Shown one piece after another: positions 12,131 to 24,004 of a stretch of DNA of 42,961 nucleotides (position 1 is its first letter; each line of letters starts with the position of its first letter). Below the pieces are notes generated by a model, which was given only the letters and a program-made list of their open reading frames with translations, searched no databases and was not told the origin of the DNA. The translations under genes were made by a program, and so were the position numbers. The DNA comes from Catajapyx aquilonaris (lineage: Eukaryota), in NCBI GenBank assembly GCA_000934665.2, contig KZ538876.1:1-42961 (forward strand), read 5' to 3'.

Positions 12131-12612
12131 CGGTTAATCAACATTTATAGTTACCCGCCAGCGCACTTACAATTAGCAAAATTTGGCCGAATATTTGCAA
12201 CTATCTGGGAGCAATTCTTGCGCAAATTCGCAAAAACTTGCTTTCTCTCCAACCAGCAAAAATCAATACCATGCACATTTTAAAAATTCGCACATTTCCA
12301 CCATTGCTTTAAAAAAAACCCTTGCCTCTGGCTACACCCACGTGCAGAAGTGGAAGAATTTGCAAAAGCTCATCCAACATTGTTCAGGTGTATGCGCCAC
12401 CGGCTTCATTTTCGCGGGATGTTGCAAAAATTTCTGTTGTTATTATGGTCTCCGGTTTCGCAACTTTTTCAGTTGGTTTCCAGTTGCACTCTACACTCCT
12501 CAAAACAGAAAATGCGACTGGCTACAGGGGCTGACATCCAGCCCGTGTGGGACTCATATTTACCAGCAGGTGTGTTTTTGTCCACAGGTGTGTTTCCCAT
12601 ATCTACACTCAC

Positions 12613-12715
12613 CTTGGCTTTGGAACTGTTGCGGTCTTCTCCGCAAAAAACGTGACGAAAACGGACACCGCCACCGCACGTCACGGAGCACGGACCCCAT
12701 GCTTCGGACACCCAC
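12613..12715 (-). CDS. madd-4: Exon F (103 nt): first half of TSR3, WVSEAWGPCSVTCGGGVRFRHVFCGEDRNSSKAK
   Basis: Acceptor cccgttccag, donor AAG|GTGAGT, phases 2/0. Confidence 0.94.
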
Positions 12716-12734
12716 CTGGAACGGGACAAGTGTG

Positions 12735-13690
12735 GTCAACCCTACAGCCAGGGGTCAACCCTACGTCGGGTCAACCCTCAGCCAGCATGGGCCGGCTCCA
12801 AGTAGCCCGTACTGACTTAGAGTTGACCCGTTCAGGGTCAACCCTCAGACTGCAGTGGCTTAGGGTTGACCGCTGGCTGTAGGCTATATGGTTGACCCGT
12901 GCTGGGTCACGGGTCAACCCTACAAAGTCAACCCTAGGCCAGGGGTCAGCCCTGCGCCGGGTAAACCCTCAGCCAGCATGGGCGAGCATGGGTTGGCCAG
13001 GACTGACCCGTGCTGGCTTAGGGTTGACCGCCGGCTGTAGGGTTGACCCAGGCCAGCGTGGGTCAACCTTACAGCTGAATCAACCTATAGAGGGTCATCC
13101 CTACAAAGGGTCAAGCCTGAGTCTGGTCAACCCTCAGCTGACATAGGTTGGCCCGTACTGGTACGTACTGGCATAGGGTTGACCGCTGCCTGTAGGGTTC
13201 ACCCGTGCTGGGTCGACTAGACCAGTATGGGCCAACCCTACAGTCATCCCTACAGATGGCCAACCCTGCAGGGAAAACACGGGTTGACCAGTACTGGCCC
13301 TGCTGGCTTTGAGTTGACCCGTGATGGATAAACTATGTCGGCATGGGTCAACCCTACGACATTAATCGCGTCATACTGCTTGCGACATTCTCTGATGCGG
13401 ACGAAGTGCAGATCGAAGTGATAGAGTGTGAGCCGTGTGAGTAAGAAGAGGTAGGCCTTGAGTGGCTGTGGGGCAATGGCGAAAAGGCATGTCCCCAGCC
13501 AGTGACGTCACCCAAGGGCTATCATATCTTACTCGCACGGCTCGCACTCTATCACTTCGATTTGCATGTCTGCCGCATCGGAACATGTCGCTAGCGGTAT
13601 GACGGAATTAATGTCCAGCACTGTACAGCGGGTCAACCTTACAGAGTGTCAACCCTATAGATGGGTCAACCCTATGCCAACCCTCCGCCA
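12735..13690. repeat. GGTCAACCCT/AGGGTTGACC mixed-orientation repeat array
   Basis: Many copies in both orientations; interrupted by the MITE at 13358-13615. Confidence 0.88.
13358..13615. mobile_element. Palindromic MITE nested in the GGTCAACCCT array
   Basis: ~90-bp inverted arms, gacattaat..gtcatac / gtatgac..attaatgtc. Confidence 0.8.
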
Positions 13691-14036
13691 GCATTGTCAG
13701 AGTCTGGCAGTGTTTCTAACCCTGGCAAAGAAGGCAGAGCGTGGGAGAATTACCCTGGACGACCTTGCAACCAAGCGAATAGATCTGCTCGAGTTCCCCC
13801 GGGCGCTGTTCCACAAGCAGCTCCAATTAGTTTTCGCGAATCACGGCTACAGGAGTGTGAGACTAGTCGGTCCCAGGGCAACTTGGGCTTCCCCGGAAAA
13901 GCCCCTCTTTTCTCTCTTACTCCCACAGAAAACCCTCTTTTTCTCTTAAGGGTTGCCAGATGGTTTCGGACACGGTGGCTTCCTCCAGATCCAACAATGG
14001 AGTGCCTCTGGAGCGGGGATTTAACTAGGTAAATGC

Positions 14037-14920
14037 TAGTAGCACATTACTCCTTGTAGCGGCTTAGTTTTTTGCACAATTCGCGACGTACAGGCACTTC
14101 CAGGAGGAAAGGAGCAGACCTGAAGCTCAAAATAGCCTCCAAGAGAAGCTCTCCTACCTCTATTCCTGATGTTTGGAGGCTTCAGGGCTTCTACTTTCCT
14201 CCTGGAAGTGCCTGTACGTCGCGAATTGTGCAAAAAACTAAGCCACTACAAGGGGTAATGTGCTACTATAATTTTCCTAGTAAGGTGTAGCAGACCTGAA
14301 GATGAAAATAGCCCCAAACGCCAGGAATAAGTAGGAGAGCCTCTCTTGGAGGCTATTTTGAGCTTCAAGTCGACTGTACCGTCGCGGAAATGAATAAGGT
14401 AGCAGACCTGAAGCGAAAATTAGCTTCGAAGAGAGGTGATCCTACCTCCTCTTCACGATTGGTAAGGCACAGAGAGGAGCGCCTCTCTTGGAGGCTAATT
14501 TCGGTTTCAGGTCTGCTACATTACTCCTTAAAGTGATTCTACAGTTCCGGAAACGAGTAAGGTAGCAGATCAAAAGCTCAAAATAGCCTCCAAGAGAGGC
14601 GATCATACATGTTTCTGACAATCGTGAGGAATAGGGAGAAGTGCCTCTCTTGGAGGCTATTTTGAGCTTCAGTAGGAGTAAGGTGGCAGACTTGAAGCTC
14701 AAAATAGCCTCCAAGAGAGGCACTTCTCCCTATTCCTCCCGACCTGTCATAAACAAGTAGGAGCTCCTTTCTTAGAGGCTATTTTGAGCTTCAGGTAGGA
14801 GTGAGGAAGCAGGCTTTAAACTCAAAATAGCCTCTCAGAAAGGCGCTCCTATTTATTTATGACACGTCGTGAGGAAGAGGTAGGAACGCCTCTCTTGGAG
14901 GCTATTTTGAGTGTCAGATC
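14037..14920. mobile_element. Foldback element: ~78-bp inverted arms (14037-14268) followed by an array of hairpin units
   Basis: tagtagcacattac...gtaatgtgctacta arms; repeated ctgaagctcaaaatagcctccaagagag and its reverse complement; a related unit occurs at 8250-8340. Confidence 0.8.
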
Positions 14921-15076
14921 TAGAAGTGACAATCCAATCTAAATCACCACATAACTCAAAAAAGTTGGACACACCCAAGAGTAGCTGCGGTCATTCCGAG
15001 CCACTTAGCCCGAATTCGAAATGGCGGAAGAACAATTATTATTGGTCGAATATTGTGCTGTGATGGGTTGACTTAC

Positions 15077-15206
15077 TTTGCTGGGCAGCGATGTGGGTTG
15101 CACTCCACTATTCTGGGCGTGGGTCGTTTCGACATGTTGCAGAACTCGTCGTTCACTTCGTCCCCGCTGATGCGGTTTTTGCACACTGGTCGCGACATTT
15201 TGTATC
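15077..15206 (-). CDS. madd-4: Exon E (130 nt): second half of TSR2, YKMSRPVCKNRISGDEVNDEFCNMSKRPTPRIVECNPHRCPA
   Basis: Acceptor tctctgcag, donor AA|GTAAGT, phases 1/2. Confidence 0.93.
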
Positions 15207-15369
15207 CTGCAGAGATAGGATAAACAAGGCCGTTATTTAAGGAATAAATCGCGTTGTGCCTGGGGATGAGAGCAGTATTTTTTTAGTGGTCGCAAATCGT
15301 GGCGTTAACGAGCTAGAGATGGGTAAGTGGTATATCCTGGGTGTAGGCAACCGCACAGTCTCGGAGTAG

Positions 15370-15960
15370 ACAACATGGTGTTTGGTGTCAGCCACAAAGT
15401 TACAAACGCTCACCTGTACGCCTGGTAGCCAGATGTGCCTAAATATTAGCGTTTAAAGTCATTTGCACTGGACTAGAAACCACATAGAGCAGTCAGAAAC
15501 TGGCGTAGTAGCCTCAATCCTACGCAAATTGTGACTTAAACTGCGATACGGCGACGCTATGTCTCAGAGCTGCAACATGGTGTCAGCCACAAAGGTACAA
15601 AAGTTCACCTGTACTCCGAGTGGCCAGATGTACGTACCTAAATATTGTACTTTAAAGCTATCTCCACTTGGCCAGAAATGTCATAAAGCTGTCAGAAACA
15701 GGCAAAGTAGCCTCAACCCTATGCAAACTGACTTAAACTGCGAGGAGGCCACGCCATGTTGCCGAGCTGCAAGATGGCGTCGGTCACAAAGTTACAAACG
15801 CTCACCTTTACGACTGGTGGCCAGATGTGCCTAAATATTAGCGTTTAAAGTCATCTGCACTGGACTAGAAACCCGATAGAGCAGTCAGAAACTGGCGTAG
15901 TAGCCACAAAGCTGCGAAAATTGTGACTTACACTGCGAGGCGGCCGGACAACATGGCGGC
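15370..15960. repeat. ~200-bp tandem repeat, three copies
   Basis: cacaaagttacaaacgctcacc...cctaaatatt...gtcagaaac units. Confidence 0.85.
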
Positions 15961-16135
15961 CAAGTATTTCCTCCAACTGATAGTGGGGCAATACTCCAGG
16001 AAAACATCAGGAATCTCCCCCTATTCTTGGTATCCATCTTGTTCGGTTCTCCTCCCGGCACGTGGCACATCCCCGGTGCAAACGCGACAGATTGTTGACA
16101 TGAATCGCCTCCTTCCCCTACTCCCCCCCCCCCCC

Positions 16136-16449
16136 NNNNNNNNNNNNNNNNNNNNNNNNNNNNNNNNNNNNNNNNNNNNNNNNNNNNNNNNNNNNNNNNN
16201 NNNNNNNNNNNNNNNNNNNNNNNNNNNNNNNNNNNNNNNNNNNNNNNNNNNNNNNNNNNNNNNNNNNNNNNNNNNNNNNNNNNNNNNNNNNNNNNNNNNN
16301 NNNNNNNNNNNNNNNNNNNNNNNNNNNNNNNNNNNNNNNNNNNNNNNNNNNNNNNNNNNNNNNNNNNNNNNNNNNNNNNNNNNNNNNNNNNNNNNNNNNN
16401 NNNNNNNNNNNNNNNNNNNNNNNNNNNNNNNNNNNNNNNNNNNNNNNNN
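16136..16449. other. Assembly gap
   Basis: N run bounded by a C tract on the left and a G tract on the right. Confidence 0.99.
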
Positions 16450-16709
16450 GGGGGGGGGGGGAAAGGACGTGACTGTTTATGACACGGGCCTGCCGTAATG
16501 TTATGCCATTACCGGTCGTCCTGGTATGCAGCGTGGGTTTGTGCAGGTTCAAACTCGTATTTCATCCGAGGGTATAGGCCAGTACCAGGGGGGATACAGG
16601 ATTTCGGGGGTATTGAATAGTGATAGGTATGGACAAGATTTGTGTTCGGTGTCATCCAGAGACAATACCGTGTGAGGTCACTCGTAGTGGTCGTGATCCA
16701 AACATTGGC

Positions 16710-17050
16710 TACTAACTGGCTAGCCTCGTCTCCAGCCGTCTCACGACTGTATGCGAAGCAGGTAGCCCCCAATCGGGTCCCTCATGGTCTAATAACGGAC
16801 TACTGGCTGTATCACGACTGTATACGAAACAGGTGGCCTCCACTCAGGTCCGCCAGGGGATAAAAACGGGCTAGCCTCGCCTCCGGCCGTCTCACGACTG
16901 TATACCAAGCACGTAACCTCCACCCAGGTCCCTCAGGGTCTAAAACCGGGCTAGCCTCGTCTTTGTATGTATGCAAAACATGTAGCCTCCACCCAGGTCT
17001 CCGGCCGTCTCACGACTGTACACAAGGCAGGTAGCCTCCACCCAGGCGCC
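16710..17050. repeat. Degenerate tandem repeat (ggctagcctcg / tctcacgactgta)
   Basis: Three to four imperfect units. Confidence 0.75.
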
Positions 17051-17114
17051 AGACCCACCCAATACCCAAGCCATCAGCAAAGCTTTCGAAATGTAACAGA
17101 TTGGTACGACTTAC

Positions 17115-17259
17115 CTCCTCCGCAGGTGACGGAGCACAGGGACATAGGTGTCTCCTCCCAGTGGTACAACGGCTGGACACAAGTGGACCCATCACCTCCA
17201 CACACTCCACACTCGTCCACCCCCTTGACCGACCCGATGCGTAGATCGCAGCCCACTCT
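17115..17259 (-). CDS. madd-4: Exon D (145 nt): end of Cys-rich module and start of TSR2, RVGCDLRIGSVKGVDECGVCGGDGSTCVQPLYHWEETPMSLCSVTCGGG
   Basis: Acceptor ttgattgcag, donor G|GTAAGT, phases 0/1. Confidence 0.95.
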
Positions 17260-17524
17260 CTGCAATCAAAACAAATTTGCTGATGCAGAAGTGCGAGGCT
17301 CTGAATACGGCCATATGCCATTGGCAAGCAGCCACGACATGGCTCTCAGTAATCATGGCCGCAATTTACCTCTCGCTCCTCTACAACATCCAATTACTCT
17401 GGTTTAGCCACTGAATTATTCAGACCCACTGCTGTGCTTATGGCGCTGCAGGTAACATCTTACAATATCACCGTCTACAACAATGGTCAAGCCAGTACTT
17501 TTGATACAATGTCTGAAAAGGGGC

Positions 17525-17588
17525 AGATACGGCTCGTCGCGGCACGGTTCGTATCGGCACGGTTCGTATCGGCACGGCTCGTCGCGGA
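17525..17588. repeat. 15-bp minisatellite, about four copies
   Basis: ggcacggttcgtatc repeats. Confidence 0.85.
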
Positions 17589-18128
17589 GCGGTCTCAGGC
17601 TCAAGCCTGATCCACACCTTCATTTCCACATGTCTTATTCTGCAGAGCAGCACTCTCAGGCGTTAACAAAGTTGTCGAGCAAGACCCGATACTGTTGGCT
17701 GCACCCAATTTAAAGGGGGTGAAGCAACTGGAGCGAGGAAGTGATCGCGCTTTTCTCTACAAGAACCTAACATTTCTCGAGGAACAATTTTTAGTGGAGC
17801 AAGAGAAGCTTTTGGGTGGGAGAAGCGATTCAAACGGCGCAAGACAAGGGGAGTAGGGGAGGGCAAACCCTCAGACATTAAGAGGATTGGGTGGAAGCAA
17901 GTAAGCAGACGATACTCTGCCAGCCTTAAAAACTTTTCGCAGATAGAGGGTGAAACTTGGGAACATTGACAGAAAAGAACAAAAACAGGAATCGAAGATC
18001 TGAAAGCTTCCTCCATGAGGCTTCCCCCCAAACTGCACTTAGTGAAGATGGTTAGGGAGGGAGGGGAAAAGAAACTGGAGAAAAAGTGATCAAGATGGAA
18101 GCGATCGATTGTTTCTTCCGGGACTGAC

Positions 18129-18362
18129 CTGGCATTGTCCTCCGATGCACATGTCAAGGCTTCCTGGTCTGCACCTGGTCCCGTCCTCCACTTTGTTCCC
18201 CAGACGAGCAACCACGTCCTCCTCATTTTTGGCCTTACAGGTTAACGCACACGGCTCGGCGTCGTCGTAGTGAGGCTCCCACTCGTAGTAGTTCCCTTGG
18301 TACGGCAGTTCCCTGAAGGCCTCACACTGCTGTGCCCTGAAGTCTCCAGGCTCAGGACACGC
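18129..18362 (-). CDS. madd-4: Exon C (234 nt): ADAMTS cysteine-rich module, ACPEPGDFRAQQCEAF...VEDGTRCRPGSLDMCIGGQCQ
   Basis: Acceptor ccctttaag, donor CAG|GTCAGT, phases 0/0; DFRAQQC and DGTRC motifs. Confidence 0.93.
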
Positions 18363-18407
18363 CTTAAAGGGTTAAAGGGTCAGTGGTCAATCACTTCTGT
18401 ATAGTCT

Positions 18408-19352
18408 GAAGGAGAAACGCCATATCTACTGGGCTTTGTAGAGAGGGCGTTTCTCCTTGGGACGACCGATGTCTACAGGACTAGTCCCAAGGAGAAACCA
18501 GTGAGGACAAACCTTTGCGGGTTTGTAGATAGGGCGTTTCTCCTTGGGACTGGTCCTGTAGGCATCACATCTGTTTCCCTAGGAAAAAACGCCATATCTA
18601 CTGGGTCTTGTAGATAGGCGTTTCTCCTTGGGACGCAAAGGTGATGTCTACAGGACCAGTCCCAAGGAGTAACGCCTATATACAAAACCAGTAAGGACCT
18701 GCATGCAACTGGCATTCTGACTGGTTTTGTAGATCGGACGATTCTCCTTAGGACGACCAGTCCCAAAGAGATACGTCCTATCTGCAAAACGAGTAAAAAT
18801 GGCAGTTCCGTGCAGGTCCTTACAGGTTTGGTAGATATGGCGTTTCTTTTTGGGACTGGTCCTGTAGACATCATCTCTGCGTCCCAATGAGAAACGCCCT
18901 ATTTACTGGGTCTTGCAGATATGGCGTTTCTCTGGACAGCCCAGGTGACGTCTACAGGACCAGTCCCAAGGAGAAACGCCATATATGCAAACCCCGCAAG
19001 GACGACAAATTGCGTGCAGATCCTTACAGGAGGGCGTTTCTCCTCGGGACGGCAGACCCAGTCCCAAGAAGAAACGCCTATGTGCAAAACCAGTAAAAAC
19101 TTGCACGCAACTATTGCCCTCTGGTTTTGTAGATATGGCATTTCTCCTTGGGACAGCAGCGGTGATGCCTACATGACCAGTCCCAAGAAGAAACGCCCTA
19201 TCTACAAAACCAGTGGACGATACGTGCGTGCAGGTCCGTACTGGTTTGCAGACAGGCGTTTGGCCTTAGGGCGACAAAGATATATACAGGGGCACCCCAA
19301 TGAGAAACGCCCTATCTACAAAGCTCAGCAGATATGGCGTTACTCCTTGGTA
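18408..19352. repeat. GGAGAAACGCC(C/A)TATCTAC mixed-orientation repeat filling intron B-C
   Basis: Units in both orientations; related to the array at 22545-23520. Confidence 0.88.
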
Positions 19353-19375
19353 GGAGACTTTTTTACAGTACGTAC

Positions 19376-19528
19376 CTGCATGGAGCATATCTTGTATCGG
19401 ATCCGGTCTCCCCTACATCCCGAGGGCGACTTGCATTGTCTGAGCTGGTACGCTGCACCTCCATCACACGTCCTAGAGCACGTGCTCCACTCGGACCACG
19501 AAGACCATACCTCGTCTCTCTTCTCCGT
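19376..19528 (-). CDS. madd-4: Exon B (153 nt): TSR1, TEKRDEVWSSWSEWSTCSRTCDGGAAYQLRQCKSPSGCRGDRIRYKICSMQ
   Basis: Acceptor ctcttttggcag, donor CAG|GTACGT; canonical WxxWxxWxxCSxTC motif. Confidence 0.93.
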
Positions 19529-20180
19529 CTGCCAAAAGAGTCAAGCGCACAATTTGTCATCCGCACTTTCCTCACCACACTCGCTCAACCATGGTTTTGT
19601 ACTGACCTCTCTAGGCAACTTGAGAGGTGGGGGGTATAAAGTACCATCCATTATTCACGATTCAGCATATTCAAGTTAGGTCCAATTTCATCGGTTGAGC
19701 AAGCTTCCATTCCGACGGGCCAACTTGGCGGTTTGTAAAAGTTTTTGGGATGGTAATTTAGGAAGCCGAAGCTTTCATCATGGGCCATTCATCCGCGAAA
19801 GGAGGAAACTAACTGGAAGGTGTTGCGGAGCTGGCTGCCATTATGGGCTTTAGCACGCAAACTATTGATTTGTTATTGCGGTTTAAGTGGGAAGTGCCCA
19901 ATTCAAGGGGGAAAAAAATGACGCGACGTGGTCCTATATGCGGCATAGGGTGTGCTCACTTTATGGCGAGACGGTTTAGCGTGAGCGAGAAATGGATGCG
20001 GGCTCAAACTGGCGAGAATGAGCGTTTTGGAACACATTTAGGCCTTTTTAGCGTGAGAGAGAAGTCAACGTAGTGTAGTAGACGCCACGCTCTCGCTACG
20101 ACCCGCTACGACCGATTTTCGCTTGGGAAGGCAACCTGAGCGTGAACATTAGCGTGAGGCTGACGCTTTGTAGAGAGGGC

Positions 20181-20396
20181 TCAGGGAGGGCCCCGTGCGG
20201 TAGCCATTTCTGACATTCTTTAACACCAGGCCTTTTCTCCTGGCCCCGAGCAGAGAAGGGAGTGCAATTCTGCCCAGGCACGTCGGGTGAAAATCGGAAA
20301 AAGACCCGGCCAAGCAGAGGTGACGGGGACGGGATTTGAACCCCGGCCTCCCGCTTGGTGGCCATCGGCGTAACCGCTAGACCACCACGCCGCCCC
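20181..20396 (-). mobile_element. SINE family A copy, 3' end missing
   Basis: A-box TGGTCTAGCGG, B-box GGTTCAAATCC, body matches the 9370-9650 copy. Confidence 0.85.
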
Positions 20397-21547
20397 CGCA
20401 AAGCGAGAGTTCTGGAGCTACTTGAAGCCTTTTCAGCTTGCGAGAAAAGTCAAAGGTGTGCAAGCAAGGGTGCAAAGTAGGTTTCCTGCTCTCGCTAAAA
20501 CAGATTCTAGCTTGGGAAGACAACTTGAGCGGGAACGTGAGTGTGATCTGAAGTCTCGCAAAAACGAGAGTTCTTAAGGGCATATAAGACTTTCTAGCGT
20601 GAGCGAGAAGTTAACGGACTAATGGGGTGTAAGTAGGCTTCAAGCTCTCGCTACGGCCGATTCTCGCTTGGCAAGACAACTTGAGCGGGAATGTGAGCGT
20701 AAGTTTGGACTGAAGGCTCGCAAAAACGAGAGTGCTGGAGCGAATTTGATACTTTAAAGAGTGGGCGAGATCAATTGGATGCAAGTAGGCTACTCGCTAT
20801 TAGCGGTGCCTTCCTACGCGAGAATCGGTCGTAGCGAGACTCGCTACGACCGATTCTCGCGTGGGAAGGCACCGTGAGCGGGTCTTGTGAGGCGGAAGGT
20901 GCGTTCCCAAGTTGACGAAAACGAGAATTCTGGAGAGAATTAGCGGGAGCGAGAAGCTACAAACGAGTCTGGTACGAGAGTTGGATTGCTCACGCTCACG
21001 TTCTCGCGACGACCGATTTTCGCTTGGGAAGGCACCGTGAGCGGGCGCATGAGGCAGACTGTATTCCCATGCTCGCAAAAACCTGAGTCCTGGAGCAAAT
21101 TTGAGCATTTGAAGCGTGTGAGAGAAGTTTTATTGGGCAAATGGGGTATAAGTAAGACTCTCGCTCTCGCTACGACCGATTCTCGCAAGCTTGGGGACGC
21201 AGTGTGAGAGTGAACTTGTGTGTAAGGCTAAATGTGATGTGTTCCTAAGTAGGTAAGAACGATAGTTCTGGAGCGAAGTAGCATAAGAGAGAAGACACAA
21301 ATGAATGGGGGTACGCGAGCTGCCTTGTTCACGCTCACGCTCTCACTACGACCCATTTTCGCAAGTTTCGGATCACACTTTAAGTCTCACAAGCTGCGTT
21401 CAAGCTCGCCAAAATCGGCCGTAGCGTGAACAATAATCTAATACTTGCATCCCATTTGTCAGTTGACTTATTCACGCTAATTCGCTCCTAAACTCTCGCT
21501 CTCGCAAGCTTTGGAATGCACCAATATCACGCTCACGCTGAGGGAGA

Positions 21548-21675
21548 CTTGGGGCGAGTTGACACGTTGAGGCGACCTGGGACGAGTTGAGGCGAATTGG
21601 GGTGACCTGGGACGAGTTGAGGCGAATTGGGGCGACCTGGGACGAGTTGAGGCGAATTGGGGCGAGTTGGGACTG
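21548..21675. repeat. 30-bp minisatellite made of 10-bp subunits
   Basis: ggcgacctgggacgagttgaggcgaattgg repeated about three times. Confidence 0.9.
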
Positions 21676-22544
21676 AACTCGCGAGAAACGGCCGTAGAGC
21701 GAAAAACCAATAATTATGCCACCTCATTCATCCGCTTACGTCTCCCTCACGCTCACGTCCATTCTCACATGCACTCTGTGAAGTCCCTCACTAGAGTGCG
21801 CATGCGCACGGACCTTGGGGGAGCTGGGGAGCTCAGTGTATGATTCAGTCGTGTCTGGGCCACATTGCGGACCAGTCTAATAGCGGTTGCATCGTACCCA
21901 TTGTATTATTGGACCACCACCACGACCCTGAGTGACCTTGCGGAGTCAGCGGGATGACCTGACGAGGTCAACTCTCACGCTGATTATGAACTTGCGATTG
22001 TGATCTCGCGAGCAACATTTTGTCCGTTACCGGTCCGTTACTTCTCGCTCACGCTAAAATGCTCGAATTCGCTCCATTGCGTCACACTCAGAGATTCTGA
22101 CTGGACTATTCCGACGTCACCGCTCAACGGACTTTCTTATGTACCTATAAGGCCAGTCGTTCCTTCCCCTCAAAAAAGCGGTTCTTGGGCACCACGGATG
22201 ACGCAAAATCTCCTTAATCCGGTCCTGGCAGGCCCCAAGAAGAACGTGGAAACCCTCTCGATTTAATCCCGAATTTGGAGGCGGATACGGGATTTCTGGA
22301 GCGAGGCCCTCTTCCCCCTCGTCCCCGTCCCCTTTTTGCTCAAATTCCTATGCGCTTCAGAGAGTAATATGTGTGGCTTGCAGGGGGTCCCCCGCTTTCT
22401 GCAAGGACACTTGTGAAGCATTGAGGGTTCTAGGAAGGGAAAGTTTCCAGCTAGAATTTTTCTTATGCTCGTCAGGAAAACTTGGATTGTTTATGTAAGT
22501 TTCATGGAGTAACATCTAGAAGAAAATCTTCAGAGGGCGTCTAC

Positions 22545-23520
22545 TCTGCTGTCCCAAGGAAAAACGCCACATTTCCAAACCCTGTAAGGACAGCGGTCGC
22601 ATCAGGGCCTTTTTGTCCTTACTGGTTTTTGAGATAGGGAGTTTCTTCTTGGGACCACAGAGCTACTCACACTCCATAACCGTCCCAAGAAGAAACGACC
22701 AATCGCCAAAACCGGTCGCGTCAGAGCCTTTTGGTCCTTAAGCGGCGTTTACATATGGCCGATTTGACGACGAGTGGCATCACGAGTTCAAATCGCTCAC
22801 ATGTAAAAGCACCTTTACTGGTTTTGGGGATAGGTCATTTCTTCCTGGGATGGTGTAGAGTGTGAGTAGCTCCGTTGTCCTAAGGAGAAACACCATATCT
22901 CCAAAATCTGTAAGGACCGAAAGCAAGACCAAAAGGCTCTGACGCGACCGGTTTTGGAGATATGCCGTTTTCCTACTCACTCCAAGCCGCCCCAAGAAGA
23001 AACGCCCTATCTCCAAACCCGGATGTAATCCGTACTGGTTTTGGATAGATAACGTGTTTCCTTGGGACAGCACATATACTCACACACCAAGCCGTCCTAA
23101 GGAGAAACGTCCAATTTCCAAAACCGGTCGCGTTAGAGCCTTGTTGTCCTTACTGGTTTTGGAGATAGGTCGTTTTTCCTTGGCACGGCAGAGCTGCTAA
23201 CACTCCAAGCCGTTACAATGATAAAAGTACTATCTCCAAAACCGGTAGCATCAGGGCCTTGTGGAACTGCGCTGCGTCTTCTTTGGACGGCAGAGCTACT
23301 CACACTCCAAGCTGACCCAAAAAGAAACGTCACATCTCCAAGATCGGTCGCGTCAGGGCCGTTAGTCACTGATTTTGTATATATGACGTTTCTCCTTAGG
23401 TCGCAGGTCGGCTCGGAGTGAGTAGCGAAGAAACGTTATATTTCCAAAACCGGTCGCATCGGGACCTTTTTGCCCTTACTGGTTTTGGAGATAGGACATT
23501 TCTTCTTGGGACCGCAGTAC
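22545..23520. repeat. TCTCCAAAACCGGTCGC / TACTGGTTTTGGAGATA repeat array
   Basis: Mixed-orientation units related to the array at 18408-19352. Confidence 0.82.
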
Positions 23521-24004
23521 TGACGCATTTTTACCATTGTTTTCATCAAATTTGCACTATTCCTAGGGTGTCGCGCCATTATTGCATACCTACTCGGTCT
23601 CAAAGACATTGTGGAACACGCTTCAACGACAACGAACGCAATTTGCATCGCCCAAGACACTTTTGCGACACAAGCGTGGGGGGGTCCCCAGCATAGTTCT
23701 AAATTCTATCTCGACTAGACCGAGGGGTCGTAACACTCGTATCATTAAGAACCCCCTCGCCGGACCATAACTTTTGCAATATCTCGTCCCTTTTAATTGC
23801 TCCTGCTTGCACACTATACGAGGCTATCCTCAAGGGTGGACCCACAGATTATTTAAAACCACCATACTCTTGGGATGATTGCGGAAGGAGTTACGGCTTT
23901 TTTTCAGCCAGGAGGTGTCCATAACTTATACGCACCTAGAAGGGTTATGGCCGGGTGCGGACTCTCAAGCGACTCTGCAGGCAGCCTGGATCACTATGGG
24001 ATCA

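Larger units (their letters stand above)
19970..22085. repeat. GCGTGAGCGAGA/TCTCGC repeat family, mixed orientation
   Basis: Repeated tacgaccgattctcgc..gggaaggca..tgagcg units; contains a SINE and a minisatellite. Confidence 0.75.

Noticed and set aside
15923..16552. ORFs spanning N runs (also 41943-42491)
   Set aside because: Artefacts of assembly gaps.
17663..18226. 187-aa minus-strand ORF overlapping exon C
   Set aside because: Different frame from the ADAMTS-like reading and no recognisable motif. The intronic part may be a decayed element, but I cannot identify it.
18921..19679. Long plus-strand ORFs (252 aa here; 210 aa at 12183-12815)
   Set aside because: Antisense to real exons plus repeat sequence; no recognisable domain.
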